In this document: positions 62,868-64,000 of the stretch, one piece after another
Position numbering within the stretch: the stretch's first letter is position 1
How the letters are laid out: each line of letters opens with the position of its first letter
Notes under the pieces: generated by a model
The model's database searches: none
Seen by the model: the letters and a program-made list of their open reading frames with translations, nothing else
Told to the model about the DNA's origin: nothing
Translations under genes and position numbers: made by a program
Assembly: GCA_903892035.1 (NCBI GenBank)
Contig: CAITGV010000001.1
Span: 355,310 to 419,309 of the forward strand
From: an uncultured bacterium
GTDB taxonomy: Bacteria; Patescibacteriota; Minisyncoccia; Phycocordibacterales; UBA9973
Direction of reading: 5' to 3'
Length of the DNA stretch: 64,000 bases

Positions 62868-63389
62868 ATGAATATTTCAATATTTCACTTTTTAAATAAT
62901 TTAACAGTTAATAATAGTTTTTTTTCTAATTTGGCAATTTTTATTGCTACGACTTTTGGTATTTTGGTTTTAATCTTTACTTTTATATTTTTTGTATATA
63001 AAAAAGATGTTCGGGCATTATTTTTAGTTTTCGGCACCACAGCTACTGCATGGATTGTCACAAAAATTTTAAAAACAATTTTTCATATGCCAAGACCATT
63101 TATAAATTTGACCGATATGCATGCATTTATAATGTCCGGTGGTTATGATTCTTTTCCCTCAAATCATGCGACCGTTTTTACGGCTCTTGCTGTAGCAACT
63201 TTCTTTTTTTATAAACGTTTTGGTTTTTTATTAATGTTTTTTGCCTTACTTATAGGACTTAGTAGGGTAGTAGTAGGGGTGCATTTTCCGACTGACATAT
63301 TGGCTGGATTTTTAGTGGGTTTTGGGGTAGCTTATTTTGTCCACCGATGGAGGAATCTTATACTTGCGAAAATGCCTAAAAACCTATAG
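62868..63389 (+). CDS. PAP2 family phosphatase
   Basis: K......RP, SFPSNH, SRVVVGVHFPTD. Confidence 0.9.
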   Translation: MNISIFHFLNNLTVNNSFFSNLAIFIATTFGILVLIFTFIFFVYKKDVRALFLVFGTTATAWIVTKILKTIFHMPRPFINLTDMHAFIMSGGYDSFPSNHATVFTALAVATFFFYKRFGFLLMFFALLIGLSRVVVGVHFPTDILAGFLVGFGVAYFVHRWRNLILAKMPKNL

Positions 63390-63401
63390 AATGCTTCCCA
63401 T

Positions 63402-64000
63402 ATGTGGAAAACAAGAATAACAGCATTACTTATATTATTGATAGGCGTCGGAGTCGCTTATTTCGTTTATTCATCTGAGCCAAAGCTCAATAAGACACCT
63501 CATCACGTAAAGACCCCAGCGATGTTTACTCATTCGCCTTTTCGTCTAGGTCTTGACCTTTCTGGTGGAAGTCACCTTATTTACCAAGCAGATGTGTCCA
63601 AACTTTCATCTTCACAGGTGAAGGATTCAATGTCCGCACTTCGCGATGTTATCGAACGCCGAGTGAACTTGTTTGGAGTATCAGAACCAGTTGTACAAGT
63701 AGAGGACAGTGGTTTTATTTCTGGAAATATTGGTGAAAGACTTATTGTTGATTTGCCAGGAGTTACAGATGTAAATAAAGCTGTGACAATGATTGGTCAG
63801 ACTCCACTTCTCGAATTCAAAACAGAAAATCCAAATCCAGATAAAAATGCTGTTCAAAATGCAACTGTTGGAAAAGATGGAAAAGTTGTCATTGATGCAA
63901 ATAGTTTTTATGCAAATAAATATATTGCTACCGACCTTACTGGTCGCTATCTCGATCACGCTGCTTTGGAATTCAATCAAAATACAGGTGAGCCTATCGT
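63402..64000 (+). CDS. secD: Protein translocase subunit SecD (5' part, runs off the window)
   Basis: FRLGLDLSGG, IERRVNLFGVSEP, LPG...IGQTPLLEF. Confidence 0.9.
   Translation, partial: MWKTRITALLILLIGVGVAYFVYSSEPKLNKTPHHVKTPAMFTHSPFRLGLDLSGGSHLIYQADVSKLSSSQVKDSMSALRDVIERRVNLFGVSEPVVQVEDSGFISGNIGERLIVDLPGVTDVNKAVTMIGQTPLLEFKTENPNPDKNAVQNATVGKDGKVVIDANSFYANKYIATDLTGRYLDHAALEFNQNTGEPI

Overview
AT-rich bacterial chromosomal segment, most likely Patescibacteria/CPR (Parcubacteria-like). This is inferred from an unlinked 23S-5S rRNA unit with a group I intron, widespread leaderless or SD-less starts, and the gene content. Left to right: (1) a defence island with two m6A methyltransferases, an HNH endonuclease and a GmrSD-like DUF262/DUF1524 protein; (2) a stress/repair cluster (msrA, msrB, denV-like glycosylase, RhuM-Fic, dinB, lexA) tied together by a GTGAAC-N4-GTTCAC operator; (3) housekeeping genes (ileS, recO, glyS, metG, tatD, rpsF-ssb-rpsR, efp, recA, ftsK); (4) a large S-layer-like gene followed by a repeat-punctuated accessory array (REP-flanked HUH/RAYT transposase, two orphan MazF/PemK toxins, a RelBE-like pair); (5) rplJ-rplL, purH, 23S-5S rRNA, rodA, folD and partial secD. 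The strongest candidates for undescribed biology are: orphan MazF toxins each paired with a convergent, promoter-driven, structured small RNA (putative RNA antitoxin); a cassette array delimited by repeated 3'-UTR/terminator units next to a RAYT; a Pro-Pro leader-peptide attenuator between efp and a proC-like gene; and a wHTH gene carrying an array of TAAAGGACA sites in its own coding sequence. All calls come from reading the sequence by eye; no database searches were run.
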